DNA from: a virus
Lineage: Duplodnaviria; Caudoviricetes
Strand: one strand, 5' to 3'
DNA: 51,147 bases
Virus record (IMG/VR): IMGVR_UViG_3300030372_004704
Span: 1-51,147 of that record
In this document: piece by piece, positions 8,291-20,500 of the stretch
Layout: every line of letters begins with the position of its first letter
Position numbering within the stretch: the first letter of the stretch is position 1
The notes under the pieces: model-generated
What the model saw: only the letters and a program-made list of their open reading frames with translations
Told to the model about the DNA's origin: nothing
Database searches by the model: none
Position numbers and translations under genes: made by a program

Positions 8291-8493
8291 ATAACTGTTT
8301 ACAATGTGGTAATGTCGTTTCAGGTAGCGACTGTGGATATTCATGTATGGCATGTGGCTACAGCGAAACTTGAAGCGATATTACACCAAGATTGAGTTCA
8401 ATCAAAGCAACAGGGGTTAGCAAACAATGGGTTAGGAGACTCAATGAAAAAGATGCTAATAGACGATTACATAAAGAAAACGAAAATAAATAG
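8281..8493 (+). CDS. Small Cys-rich zinc-finger-like protein with in-frame TGA (candidate selenoprotein, 70 aa)
   Basis: MEINNCLQCGNVVSGSDCGYSCMACGYSET-(TGA 8371-8373)-SDITPRL...; the frame stays open to TAG 8491-8493 and a hairpin follows the TGA. Confidence 0.55.
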
Positions 8494-9196
8494 ACACGAA
8501 GGTGCAGGACGTTGGTATTCTCAAGGAAAAAGCGGTAACTGGAAACCTTCAGTTACAACAATCATAGGAGAAACTTGTTCAAAAGGTAAATTCTTTGATG
8601 AATGGCTAATGAAAAATGGTTTAAATGCAATTAATCTTAGAGATGAAGCTGCAGAAAGAGGAACAGCTGTTCATGAAAATATAGAACTTTTATTAAACAA
8701 TGAAGAAATTGTTGTTGATAATGAATTTATCCAAAAATCACTAATGTCTTTTGAAAAGTTTTATAACGAACAAAAGCCTAAGGTTTTTACCCAAGAGATA
8801 TTTCTATATCACAAGGATATGCCCTGGGCTGGTACACCAGATATAATAGCAGAAGTAAATGGTAGTTTATCTATCATAGATATTAAAACTGGTGATTATC
8901 GTAAAACTCACGAAATACAACAACTTATGTATATGGATTTATGGAATAAGATATTTCCTGAATGTCCTATTCAAGATATATATGGATTATATACTAAAGG
9001 TAAATGGATAAAAGAACCTAACTACGGATTTAGAAAGTTTGATTCAAGAACAAAAATACATCATAAAGTATATGATTTATGGTGCTTTTTAAACTTTCCG
9101 TATGGTAAACCTAAACCAAAAAGTAAACCTAAGCTTAAGGGGGTATTTAGACTTGGAGATACAAATAATGGAAAAAGCATTGACGAAATGCTGTGA
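8444..9196 (+). CDS. PD-(D/E)XK exonuclease (Cas4/RecB-like fold)
   Basis: PSVTTII, RGTAVH, E..L, AGTPD, IIDIKTG and QQLMY motifs. Confidence 0.88.
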   Translation: MKKMLIDDYIKKTKINRHEGAGRWYSQGKSGNWKPSVTTIIGETCSKGKFFDEWLMKNGLNAINLRDEAAERGTAVHENIELLLNNEEIVVDNEFIQKSLMSFEKFYNEQKPKVFTQEIFLYHKDMPWAGTPDIIAEVNGSLSIIDIKTGDYRKTHEIQQLMYMDLWNKIFPECPIQDIYGLYTKGKWIKEPNYGFRKFDSRTKIHHKVYDLWCFLNFPYGKPKPKSKPKLKGVFRLGDTNNGKSIDEML

Positions 9197-9344
9197 AAGA
9201 GTAAGAGAGCTGGCAAAACAAGTTAGCTCTCTTGAAAAACAACTAAAAGGTGAAAAACAGCTTAGAAAAAAAGCTGAAGACTATGTAAAAGAAGTCGAAG
9301 GTTTTTTAAAAGAAAGCATAAACAAGGAGATAAACGATGAGTAG
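9168..9344 (+). CDS. Small coiled-coil protein
   Basis: Track ORF 9102-9344; likely start ATG 9168 after GGAG; heptad pattern. Confidence 0.55.
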   Translation: MEKALTKCCERVRELAKQVSSLEKQLKGEKQLRKKAEDYVKEVEGFLKESINKEINDE

Positions 9345-9621
9345 AAAAAACTCAAAAGGAAAACCTACTAGAAAACAAATAGATAATTCTATATCTAACA
9401 TAATTCAAACTATTCAAATGTTTGGGCAAAAGTTAGATTATTTAGAAGGTTATGTTAAATCAACAGAAATAGCTCTTGACTTATATACAAAAATGCAAGG
9501 TAATCAAAAAGAATTTATTGATTATATAAATGAGTATAAAAAGAAAAGAGATGAGGCTTTAGCAAAACAAAAAGAAGAAGAAGCTAAAAAAGAAGTAGTA
9601 AAAGAAGAAAAAACTTCTTAA
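9337..9621 (+). CDS. Hypothetical protein
   Basis: 94-aa ORF with AAGGAG SD. Confidence 0.7.
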   Translation: MSRKNSKGKPTRKQIDNSISNIIQTIQMFGQKLDYLEGYVKSTEIALDLYTKMQGNQKEFIDYINEYKKKRDEALAKQKEEEAKKEVVKEEKTS

Positions 9622-9629
9622 ATTAGTAC

Positions 9630-9809
9630 ATGGACTTTTGTGATAAATGTGGAGAAGAGATAAATAACTTAGAACCTTGTTTTAGGTTAGCTTATGGCTT
9701 TTCTCATGAGGGGGATTTTATACAAGATAGTTTCTTAATGATTCATTTAGATTGTATATCAGATGACATGCTTTTAACTAAAATATTAGAGCATATAAAG
9801 AAAAACTAA
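9630..9809 (+). CDS. Small zinc-binding protein (59 aa, not in ORF track)
   Basis: MDFCDKCGEE...IHLDC (CxxC...HxxC). Its stop overlaps the stop of the convergent 594-aa gene. Confidence 0.6.
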   Translation: MDFCDKCGEEINNLEPCFRLAYGFSHEGDFIQDSFLMIHLDCISDDMLLTKILEHIKKN

Positions 9810-11590
9810 ACCTCTTCTTCACTGCTTAAAAAGTCTTTTATTCTGTCATAAGCAAAATCACGTGCTTCTTTTGATTTATCATAAGACCACCTAGCAGCAG
9901 GCTCTAAAGCTTTACCAGCACCATAAAGAGCAGAACCAGCAATAGCTGTACCTCCTATACCTAAAGCAGTTCTACTTGATATAAATTGAGCTTTTTCTAA
10001 AGGATTTAGAGGTCTTTTCATACTCTCTGTATATAATCTATAGTAATCTTCAACAGCTTTATTAAATTTTACACTATGTCTAGAATAAGCACTCATCGGT
10101 CCTCTAGCATCCTCAATAGCTCCACCCTTTAACCTTCCTTTAGTAGGTCTACTTAGCATACCAAATCTTTCTTTAGCATAAGGAGAAAAGGCTTGAGTCT
10201 CAGCTATACCATACTTACCTGTATCAACAATATCATCTAATTGAGCATTTAATTTATCATCATTAAATAGTTTTTTATTATAAACAGTTTCTTTTCTAGG
10301 GCTTCTTTGAACCCACTTTTTAGGAACTTTGTCTGGGTTAATGATAGGAACATTTTTATATTTAACATTTTGAACATTTAATAATGGAGTCTTTCTAAAA
10401 TTAGCCCATTTATCACCTTTTAATTTCATTATCTCTATATCATAAACATCAGTACCAAATATACCAACCTTACCTTTATGTCCATGTTTAGCAGTTTCAT
10501 TAAATACAAGGTTACCATTAAATCCTCCCCAATGATAATTACTTTTACGAGATGGACTGAAATTAACCAAAATAGAACCTTTATCTTTTGTTCTATGTAA
10601 AGCAACTTTATATGTTTTGCCTTCTAAAACCATATGTCTTTCACCTGACTTAATTATTTTATCATAACCTCTTTTTTGAAAAAATCTTCCTAACTTTTCT
10701 AAATGAGCACCTTGTTTCATAAGGCCTGCTTCATGAGCAAGAAAAGCTATTTTAGCTTGACTACTAAACTGAGCATCAATAACTGACTTTTGCATAGCAG
10801 AATGTCTAAAATTAGCAACATTAAGAGATTTAGTACCTTTATGAATACCTTTTAATTTAGGAACTAAACCTTGGTTCCATTTATTTAAAGCTATTTCACC
10901 AATTTCTCTATCTTTTATTCCCATTTTTTTAAATAACCTTCCAGGAGCTTCCCCACCAACACCATATTTAGTATAATTAGCCTCATGTTTTATAAGGTTA
11001 TATAAATCCATTTTTTTTGCTTTTGATAAACCATGTATTTTAACTTGTTGAGCAAAAGCGTTATGCATAACACCAAGTTCTTGTTTACCTAAAAAGGTTA
11101 TTTGTTTTGCAGCTTCTTCAGTTAATTTAGGGTTTTGTAAGACACCTTTGGAATCTCTCCATACACCCATATTTTTATTTACCCAGCTATTTCTATCTCT
11201 TAACACCATAGAATAACCTTTAAATATTCTATCTAAATCCTTTTTTTGTCCAGCACCAAACCCATATTGTTTATAAGCACGGGTTAATTTTTGATTAAAA
11301 ACTTGTTGAGTAGCTGGTTTTACACCTCTAAAAAACTCATTACTAAAAGCCCCCATTTTACCAAGTTTACCAACCCCTTTTCCATAAAAATTAGGAATCA
11401 TTTGCTGCATACTAGTAGCAATACGTTGAAAAGCTCTACCTTTTCCTAATAAAGCTATAGAACCTAAGCCTAACATAGTAGATAAAATTGGATTCTTTTC
11501 TACCCAATTACCAGTACTCTTTATTTGGTTTTCAAAATTCGCAACAAGCGGACTTGACAACTCTTTCATTTTACTTTCAAAATCAGACAT
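9806..11590 (-). CDS. Basic virion/ejection-type protein
   Basis: 594 aa, Lys-rich, with Gly-rich hydrophobic segments near both ends; coupled to the giant gene by a TAATG overlap. Function is inferred. Confidence 0.45.
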   Translation of the reverse strand: MSDFESKMKELSSPLVANFENQIKSTGNWVEKNPILSTMLGLGSIALLGKGRAFQRIATSMQQMIPNFYGKGVGKLGKMGAFSNEFFRGVKPATQQVFNQKLTRAYKQYGFGAGQKKDLDRIFKGYSMVLRDRNSWVNKNMGVWRDSKGVLQNPKLTEEAAKQITFLGKQELGVMHNAFAQQVKIHGLSKAKKMDLYNLIKHEANYTKYGVGGEAPGRLFKKMGIKDREIGEIALNKWNQGLVPKLKGIHKGTKSLNVANFRHSAMQKSVIDAQFSSQAKIAFLAHEAGLMKQGAHLEKLGRFFQKRGYDKIIKSGERHMVLEGKTYKVALHRTKDKGSILVNFSPSRKSNYHWGGFNGNLVFNETAKHGHKGKVGIFGTDVYDIEIMKLKGDKWANFRKTPLLNVQNVKYKNVPIINPDKVPKKWVQRSPRKETVYNKKLFNDDKLNAQLDDIVDTGKYGIAETQAFSPYAKERFGMLSRPTKGRLKGGAIEDARGPMSAYSRHSVKFNKAVEDYYRLYTESMKRPLNPLEKAQFISSRTALGIGGTAIAGSALYGAGKALEPAARWSYDKSKEARDFAYDRIKDFLSSEEEV

Positions 11591-14500
11591 TATTTACCTC
11601 TAGGATGAAATGTTTCACCCTTTTGTATTTGTTTTTTTAATGCAGTTAAATCACCTAATGGAAAGCCCATTAACTTTTCTAATAATCTATTTGGATTTTC
11701 TATAAGATTACCTTTAGCCAATGGAGAAACATCTCTTACCATTCTACCAAAAGGAAGCATTGTGTATACATGATAATTAGCTAGTTTTTCATAATCATTA
11801 TCTAAAAATGCTCTTAAACCTGCAACTGGAAGCCTCATAATAGGAGGAGTAATCATTTGTAATGGAGCTATAGCAGTAGGCCAAGTTCCAAAGAAAGCTT
11901 TATTTCTTTCATTCTCATCACCAAATACCCATTCAGAGGTATCTTTTAACCAGTTATAAGGAGCAGGTAAAGCACTATCAAATAAACTATAAGCAAATAC
12001 ATTAGCAAGAGCTAATACAAATAAATCTGTTTGCATAGTTCTTTTAAATCTTTCAAACTCAGCAGTACCTCTTCTGTAACCTCTAACTTTAGCTTCCCTA
12101 TATACATCATTTCTAAACCTTACAGCATTCCAAGACCATAATTGAAATCTTGTCATAACTTTACCCAGAGCTGTTCTGGCAAACGAAGGACGATAAGGAG
12201 CACTATATAAAAACTGTGTAGCCTTAACTCCTTTTTTAGCTAATTCAACTAAAAATGGATGGTCTGGATTCTTTATTGCTCCACCAAATCTTTCCCAGGC
12301 TTTTATATAATGAGCCATAAAAGCATCTCTACGAAGAGCACGTTCTGGAACAGACATAAATTTAGCAGCTTTTGACATAATGCTTTCACTAACTTTATGC
12401 TTTCTATTTATATCCCTTAAAGTTTCTTTACTCATTTCACCTGTTGCAGTAATCTTTTTAGATATATCAGCAATAAAGTTTTTAACATTAGCAGCCTGAG
12501 CTTCTCTTCCTAATCCAAGTTCAGCTACAATAAACTCAGGTAACACACCATGTTTTACTACAAAGGCATCAACATCTTTTAAAGACTTCCATTCTGGATT
12601 TATTTTTTGTAGTTCAGATACACTTCTTGCTTTTCTTAAATATTCTAAACCTGTTGATTGAATTGTATGTAAAGAACCACCAAATATATTTGCTACAGCA
12701 GATTTAGGATGAGCAAGTAAAGACATTAACTCAAATTTAGCCTCTAAATTAGACCAATGTCTTATATCATTATAATCAACTCTTTCTAAGTCATGTTTAA
12801 CTGTAAGTAGATTTTTGCCTCTTAAACCTAATTTTTTAGCTATTTTATTAGCTTTATCTTTTACATTGTTATCAGCCCACCAAGCATAAGGTGTACCTTT
12901 AACCTTCATTTTAGGGTCATTTAATATAAAGTCAGGTATAATACTAGGACTTCCCATAGATTCAGATATATAAAGCTTTAACCAATTCTGCCATCTAGTT
13001 AATAACGATGTTTTATCACCATAATCTTTTATTTTATGCCACTCATGAGGTTTAGACATGGCTTTTTTAGTAAATTTATTTAATAAATCACGTGACATTA
13101 TTTGTGAAAACTGTTTATAATATGTATTTACTTGGTTACGAGTATATGTTTCAGCAGCAGCTGCATCAATAGACCAGCCTCCTACATGTGCCATACGACT
13201 ATTCATAGAACCTGTCATTTGATTAGCATTATCAAAAGCAGCTATAGGGTCGCTTCCTTCTCTGGTTTTTATATTCTCAACAGCTTTATCAAATAGTTCC
13301 CAATTTTCAGTCCCAGTCATCCAATCACCAGTAAGTGTTTTACTTTTAGTAATAAGTTTTTGAATTTGGATAAGCTTTTCTTCCTTTGACATAACATTTT
13401 CAGGAAGATTTTTTATATAGTCATGGGCTCTCTGAAGAGCATCTAATGCTTTTGATTTACTAAAAAATAAATGAGGATAATAACCTTTTCTAATTCTACC
13501 AACAGGATTTATTTTAAATTTTAAAAGTTTAGTTAAAAGTTTTTGATTACCCATTATCTTAGCTTGTTCAATCATCATAGACCTAGATAAATGCCTTAAA
13601 GGAGTTAAACCATATTTAAGAGGTATACCCTCACCTTTATTAAACGACTTCATTACATCTTTAACAAAAGCTTTATGGTCTATTATAGGTTCTTGTTTAT
13701 TTAAATCATAAAAACCTATAATGTATTTATCCATTGCACCTGGCTCACCTTCAATTGTCTTATACATTTCAGCAAAATGACTATCATATACTTCTTTTAC
13801 TTTTTCAACAATTTGTTTACCAGTTAAGGTCTCTCTTTGGCCTTCAGAGTTTGTTACAATATATTCTTTATCTCTTTTATTATTATAATCACCATCTTTT
13901 AATTCTTGTTTATATTTTTTTCTATACTCATCTGCTTGTATACCTTTTAATTCATTAGGTATCTCTTTACTTCCAAAAATTCTATTTACTTCAGAAACTT
14001 CTGCTTCTGCAACAGCTATTCTCCTTAAAGCTTCACCATCTTTTATTCCATCTAAAAATGCTAAATGTTGTCTTAATTGACCAACTAATCTTTCACCTTC
14101 TTGAACACCTTGTTCTGACATTCTTCCAAGAATATTTTGAGCAGCTTCTATTACATTTGTTGGTTTTCTTACATCACCTTCTACAACTTCACCACCTTTT
14201 TTCTTAAACAAACCCTTACCTTTTAAAAACATTATATCGTATTTCATCATTTCTCTACCAACAGTAGCTGGGAATTGCCACCAATAACGCTTTCTCATAT
14301 CAGGAGTTTTTTCACCAAATAGTTTTTGCCATATAGTCCCTCCTCTAACTTCTTTAAAATAAGCATTCATATCAGCAAAGTCTGCTAAATTCATAGCATT
14401 TAAATCTTTTTCAAACATACCTCTAGTTAAAGCATTTAAATCTTTACCTAATTTATTATTATAAAACTTTAAATTTTCAGCAAGCTCTGTTATTATTTGT

Positions 14501-17500
14501 CTCTTTTCAGAACTTAAAACAGATAAGTCAGCTTTTTCTAAACCTTCAAAACCAGAGAATATTTCATCTATTTCAGTACCTTCAACTTTTTTATCAATAA
14601 ACGATTCATTGACAGTACCTTCTTTAGTTTTATTATTAACTTCAGAATCAAGTTCTGTAGGTTTTTCCCAAGTCTTTTTCATAGATTTTGAATATTCACC
14701 AAAAAATTCTTGAACAACTTCGCTACTAACTTCTTTTGAGTTTAAACCTAATTTAGAAACACTTGTTTTTGCATCTTTCATTTTTAAATGATGCATTAAA
14801 TCTTCATATAATGGGTCATCTTTATATCGTTTTCCCCACTTCTTATCTAATTCATTTATTTTTTCTATAGCACCTCTTCTAAAAGAATTTAACATAAGTA
14901 TATCAGTAATCTTCTTCTCAATAGGAGTTAATTTTTCTTTAAAAGATTTTAATGCCGCATCTATTTCTAGCTGGTCTTTTAAAGCTGAAATATCTTCAAC
15001 AGGTTTTTCTATTTTACCTTTTGGAAAAACTTTCTTTGTTTCTTCTTTTCCATACACTTTTTCATGAGTCTTTATCAAATCATTCCAAAACTCTCTAAAT
15101 TTAGGGTCAGTTCTATCCATACTATAAAAAGCTTCCATTAATTCTTTTCTACCTTTAGCCATTAAATAACTATCTTTTTTTAGCTTTTCAGTAAACTTAT
15201 GGATTTCTTTAAACTTATTAGAGTCTATTTGGTCAAAATATTTAGATAACACTTTAAAAGATACCATATCTGTAAAATCATTTATAACAAAATCTTCAGA
15301 TAGATTTCTTAACTTCTCAAGTATTCTTTTTCTTTCAAGTATATTTTTATATGTGTTATCTTTTAATTCTCTTGCTGTTAATTTATGAGCAAAATATGTT
15401 CCTTTTATTGCATTAACAAATTTAGGATAACTTTTTGATATAATATCTATAGCAGCATCATTCCATAAAAGATTGTCTTTTACATTTTTCACATAAGCAT
15501 TAGGTTTAACTGTGGCAGTAAATCTTCCTAATGCCTTTATTAAATCAGGGTATTTAGCTACTAAATCCGCATGATTAATATAACTTTCTTCTAAAGAACC
15601 TGTTTTTATTCTTCTATAAACAGAATCAGAATAGTCTATACCATTTGCAATTTCAGCTAACTTAGGCAACATAGTATTTTTTACATTATCATTTGGCCAC
15701 ATAACTTTGTTGTTTATACTTTCAGTCATAGTATTTATTTCATGCATATTAAATGCTCTATCAGAAGACCAGTTCCTACTAAACATTCCTTGATTCATTT
15801 TTCTTATTGAATTATACATACCATTATAAGATAAATCATCAAAATCACTCTCTGTTAGTCTAATTTTTTTACCATTTTTTGCTACATCAAAATAAGCATC
15901 GTATAATTTAGTAAACCATAATTTATGATTTTTTAAACCAGCTTCATCTAAAGGGTCAGAAGAAAATGCTATCATTGAAGATGCTAATTTTCTAGCTCCA
16001 GTTACATCTTTTTTAGGTGTTATGACATATTTATCTTTATTTTTTGTAAAAGTTTCCTGACCTTTTTCAAGTAAAGCATTATGAAAAGCTTTTAATAATT
16101 GAACATTATTAGAAGCAGAACCTAACTGATTTCTTCCATCTCTAGCTCTTTCTGAAATCATTACTCTCCAACCTGGCATATATTTCCATACTGCACTATC
16201 TCTTACTTTAGGGTCTATACCAGTTTCTGATATACTATCTTGAATTGTTAATTCTTTTCTAACTTTTTCATTCTTATTATCATAAGTGTATTCTTTTTTA
16301 TTGTCATAAAACTCTTCTTTATTTTTAAACCAAGCATCTTTCCATGATTTTTTAAATCCATCTCCTTTTCCACTTTTTCTTCCACCAAAAAAGATATGAG
16401 CTTCATCACCATCAAGGTCAGCACCGCCTTCTGCTTTCATAGCTCTGCCATGCATTAATACGCCATGGCCTTTTCTTCCAGTAAATCCTTTAAACTTTAA
16501 TACTTGAGCACCACTAGTAGAATCCATAGGAACACGAACAGTAAGAGCTCTCATTACCTCTTCTGCATCTTTTCTAAATCTCCAATTTTTTCCCTTTTTA
16601 TTATAAGCATACCATAAGTCGCCTAAAGTAGTTTTTTCAAACCCTTTTATATGAGTATCTAATTTTAACGCTCTATAAGCTTCATCTAAATAAAATATAT
16701 CATCTCTAGTATTTAATTCAGGAAACTTTTGTTGCATCCATTTATCATAACCTCTCATACGAGCAAGAGCTGAGTTCTTTATTTTAGGTTTAGCTAAGTT
16801 CTCCATTATATAGTTTCTTATAACTTGCACCCTAAAAGGCCTTATATATTTATGTAATAAAACTGGAGTTATATCACCTTCTTTTCCTTTTATTTTTTGC
16901 TTTACAGACCAAGCTTTTGTTTCTTTTATAAGTCTATCAGTACCAGAATTAAATTCAATTAGATTATTGTCAATTTCAGTCATTCTTTCTTGACTCATCT
17001 CTCCAGAAGCAACCATTTCTCTCATAGCTTCTCTATTAAATTTCATTAGTTTTGCATATGCTAGTTCACTAAACTCACTATGTCCATGCTTTATAGCATG
17101 TAATAAGTTATCTATTCCTATATTTTCCATATTATTTAAAATAACTTCTAAATCTTCTTTTCTTGGGTTATTTAGATAATCATCTACCATCTTATTATAT
17201 TTATGTTTACCAACAAATCTATTATAAATAGTTTCTGTAAAAAAATCATTTATCATTTCATTAGAAAATTCTGAAAAAGCATTTTTCCCCATAGACATAA
17301 ACAACTGTTTAGGTATACGTCTTGGGTTTAACATATGATGGTCTTGTAAAACTGAATAATTGTATTTTACATCTTTAACAGGAAGTAAATACTCTATAGC
17401 ATCTAAAGTTAAATTACCTTTTTTGTCTACACTATAATTACCTACTTCTCTTTTCCCAGTTTGTTTTACTGATGACTCTTGCATAATAAAATGTAAACCT

Positions 17501-20500
17501 TTTTTTTGCATAGATTTTGTAGCTGTAGGACCAGCTGAATGCATCATATATTTACCTAATAAAGCACCTAATACTCCATCTGGGCTTGTTATAAATGATT
17601 TATTTTGTCCAGAAGGAGGTTGTCCAGCATCTGCATTTAAAGCGTCAACAACATCATCTCTTACTATAATCATACCATCTACACTAGTTTCGTCATCGGT
17701 ATTTTTATCATTAAGTTTTAATTTTCTTTTTAAAGATTTATCTACATCTTTTACTATAGCATATTTATATAATAAATCACCATCACTTTCTACTAAGTCA
17801 TCAACAAAATTCTTTTTACCATTTCTTGATTCCATATATTCTTTAATAAACTCAGGGTCTGATTTCCATCCAGGAGTAAACCATATTTGGTTTCTTTTAT
17901 TCATTGCTGTAGCACTAGAAATAAATTCTTTATTTTCTGTAACAAAGTCTTTTACAATATTATCCCAAAATCTTTGTTGAGCTGCTTTTGTTTTATATTT
18001 GGATTTTAAGTTAGGATTAATATAATCTGGTCTGAATCCATTCATATTTATATCATATAAAAGATTAGAATAATACATTTCTTTTACATTTTTATCTAAA
18101 CCATAAGCTTTTTTAAAGACACCCATTCCATCTTGTATCTGTTTTAGTCCTTTTTGTCCTAAATTCTTCTCAAGAGCCTTAACAAAAAAGTTCATTTGTG
18201 ATTTATTCTTTAATAAAGGGTGCATTTTAACAAAGATTATTGCATCAGCATCCCCCCTACCACCATAAGGATAGTATCCCTTTTTGAGCATATTTTTAAA
18301 CACTTTGCTTATTACAGACTTATAAGAAGGGCCTTCCCAATTTTCTCTTTCAGATAATTGTCTGTATCTAGATAAAGGTAAATCTTGATAAGCTCCAGTC
18401 TTCCCTTCTGTAATAGTATCGAATATAACAAATGCTGGCTCTTTATCAGTAGATTTACCACCCATTTCTTCATAAACTTCTTCTATTATCTTTTTAGGTT
18501 CAATAACTAACTTTTTATTACCTGCTCTAGTATAAACTTTATCTAACCCAGCAATAGACACACCTCTATCATCTACTCTTAAGTATCTAAGTTGAGTACC
18601 AAAATTCTTTAAAGTAAGCCATTGTCTTAAGTTATTTTTTGCTGCAGGAGTAATTCCTAAAGAAAAACCATCCGCTTTCATTAAATGGTCATTAAACTCA
18701 TCTAATATACCTTCAGAGTCTACTTTTTTATTTTTACCTGAATATTCAGACTTACCTATAATATCCTCTAAAATACTAGCATAGTGCGCTTTTTTAGCAA
18801 GTTTCATTGTAGGTGTAAATCCAGGACTGTCCCAAAGTTCTTTACCGTATTTGTCTATAAAATAAACCGCTCTTTTTTCTAGTTGCCTTTTAGATGCCAT
18901 GCCTATATCATTACCATCTTGAGACTCAGAAGTTTCTAAATCTTCTTCTTTAACAGTAGAATAAGTTTCATCCTTTAACTCTTTTTCTATCTCTTCAATT
19001 TGTCTTGCTATTTTTTTAGCTTCTTTTTCAGCTGTTTTCCTCTGAGAGGCAGATAAGTTTTTATCAGTTGAATCCTTTAAATAAATCTCTAATTCTTGAG
19101 AAAGTATATCCGCTTGGTCATTTAACTCATTTATTTTCTTAAGCTTTTCAGGAGGGATAATGTTTATATCTTTTTCAGAAACCGCTTCTGCTCTTTTATT
19201 TGTTCTAGCTTTTTTCTTTCCAAAAGTAACTGCGTAAATATCTTCTATAGCCTTTTTGCCTGCATTACTTAACTTTCTTGTTCCTATAGCAGCAAATCGT
19301 TTTACAAGTTTAGGTGTTTTGTCAAGCATTCTAAACTTTTTAAGTTTATAATCATATCTATGCCATTTTTTTGAAGCAGTATCCCAAGCGTATACATGTT
19401 TTTTACCAGCATCAATAGCCATTTGAGTAGCCCAACCAGTACCACCTTGTATTTCAGTACCAGCTTTTACTATTTTACCTACAGCATAAAGACCATTAGA
19501 TGTTTTTACTTGCCACCAATTTCTTTGAAGAAGTTTATTTGTAAAGTCTTTAGCCTTTTTACCTTTTAATCTATTTAAACTTTCATCAGCTTTTTTAATC
19601 TTTATATTAGCTTCTGCTAATTCTGCCTCAGTTAAAGGCCTTATCATCCCTGCACTTTTTTTAGCTTTATGTCCTTTAAATGAATAATGAACAAATGGAA
19701 TATCATAGTCTTTACCTATTAAAGCCCAATGAGTGTCTGAACCTTCTGCAGCTCCTGATATACCATGATGAACAACTTTATTTGGTGTAGTTAGTCTAAC
19801 TAATTCTTGACCGCCAACAACTTTCTTTAATTCAGTAAATCCTTCTGGAGTAGGTAGTTTAGTTTTTTTATCTAGAATACCTAATTTTTGCATTAATAAA
19901 TGAGCAGCAGCAGCTCTTTCATCAGGATTTCCATATATTTTTTCGACTTGTTTTAATAGTTCTTTTTGGACTTCTGGTTCAAAACTACTCCATTTTTCTA
20001 ATAAACGAGGGTCTTTTGTAACTGCAAGTTCAGGATTTTTTTGTGATTCTCTTTCTATCTTATCAAGTTGCTTCATTGCTTTAGCTTTATACCAAGGCAT
20101 TTCTTTTCCACCAAAATAAGCACCTAATAAATATTCATAGACCTGTTCAGGAGTAGTAGCTCCTCTCGCAGTAGCAGGTATACCCATAAATAAAGAACCT
20201 GATAAACCTCTAACTATCTTATCAGCAGCTTTATCTCCAGTATTAATAAAATTACCCATAGCTCTAAAAGCTCCACCTGCTACAGCACCACCAAAAGCAG
20301 AATGCATCATAGCATCTACACCTTGTTGCCAAGAACTAATAGCACTAGCAGCACCTAAATGAAATGCGCCTTCTGCCATATGTTTTGCTTGTCCACCTAA
20401 TAGGAAATTACTTGCTGTTTTTACAGCTTCACTTCTTCCTAAAGTAGCACTACTTAATGCAGGTTTAATAACACCCTTAGCTTTTTTTGTAAGCCAATTA

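Noticed and set aside
8371-8373. Genome-wide TGA reassignment (genetic code 4 or 25)
   Set aside because: Long genes are intact under code 11, and several genes end in TGA with a following gene immediately adjacent or overlapping.
8444-9196. Cas4-like nuclease as a sign of a CRISPR locus
   Set aside because: I saw no repeat-spacer array or other cas genes; it fits a standard phage PD-(D/E)XK exonuclease.
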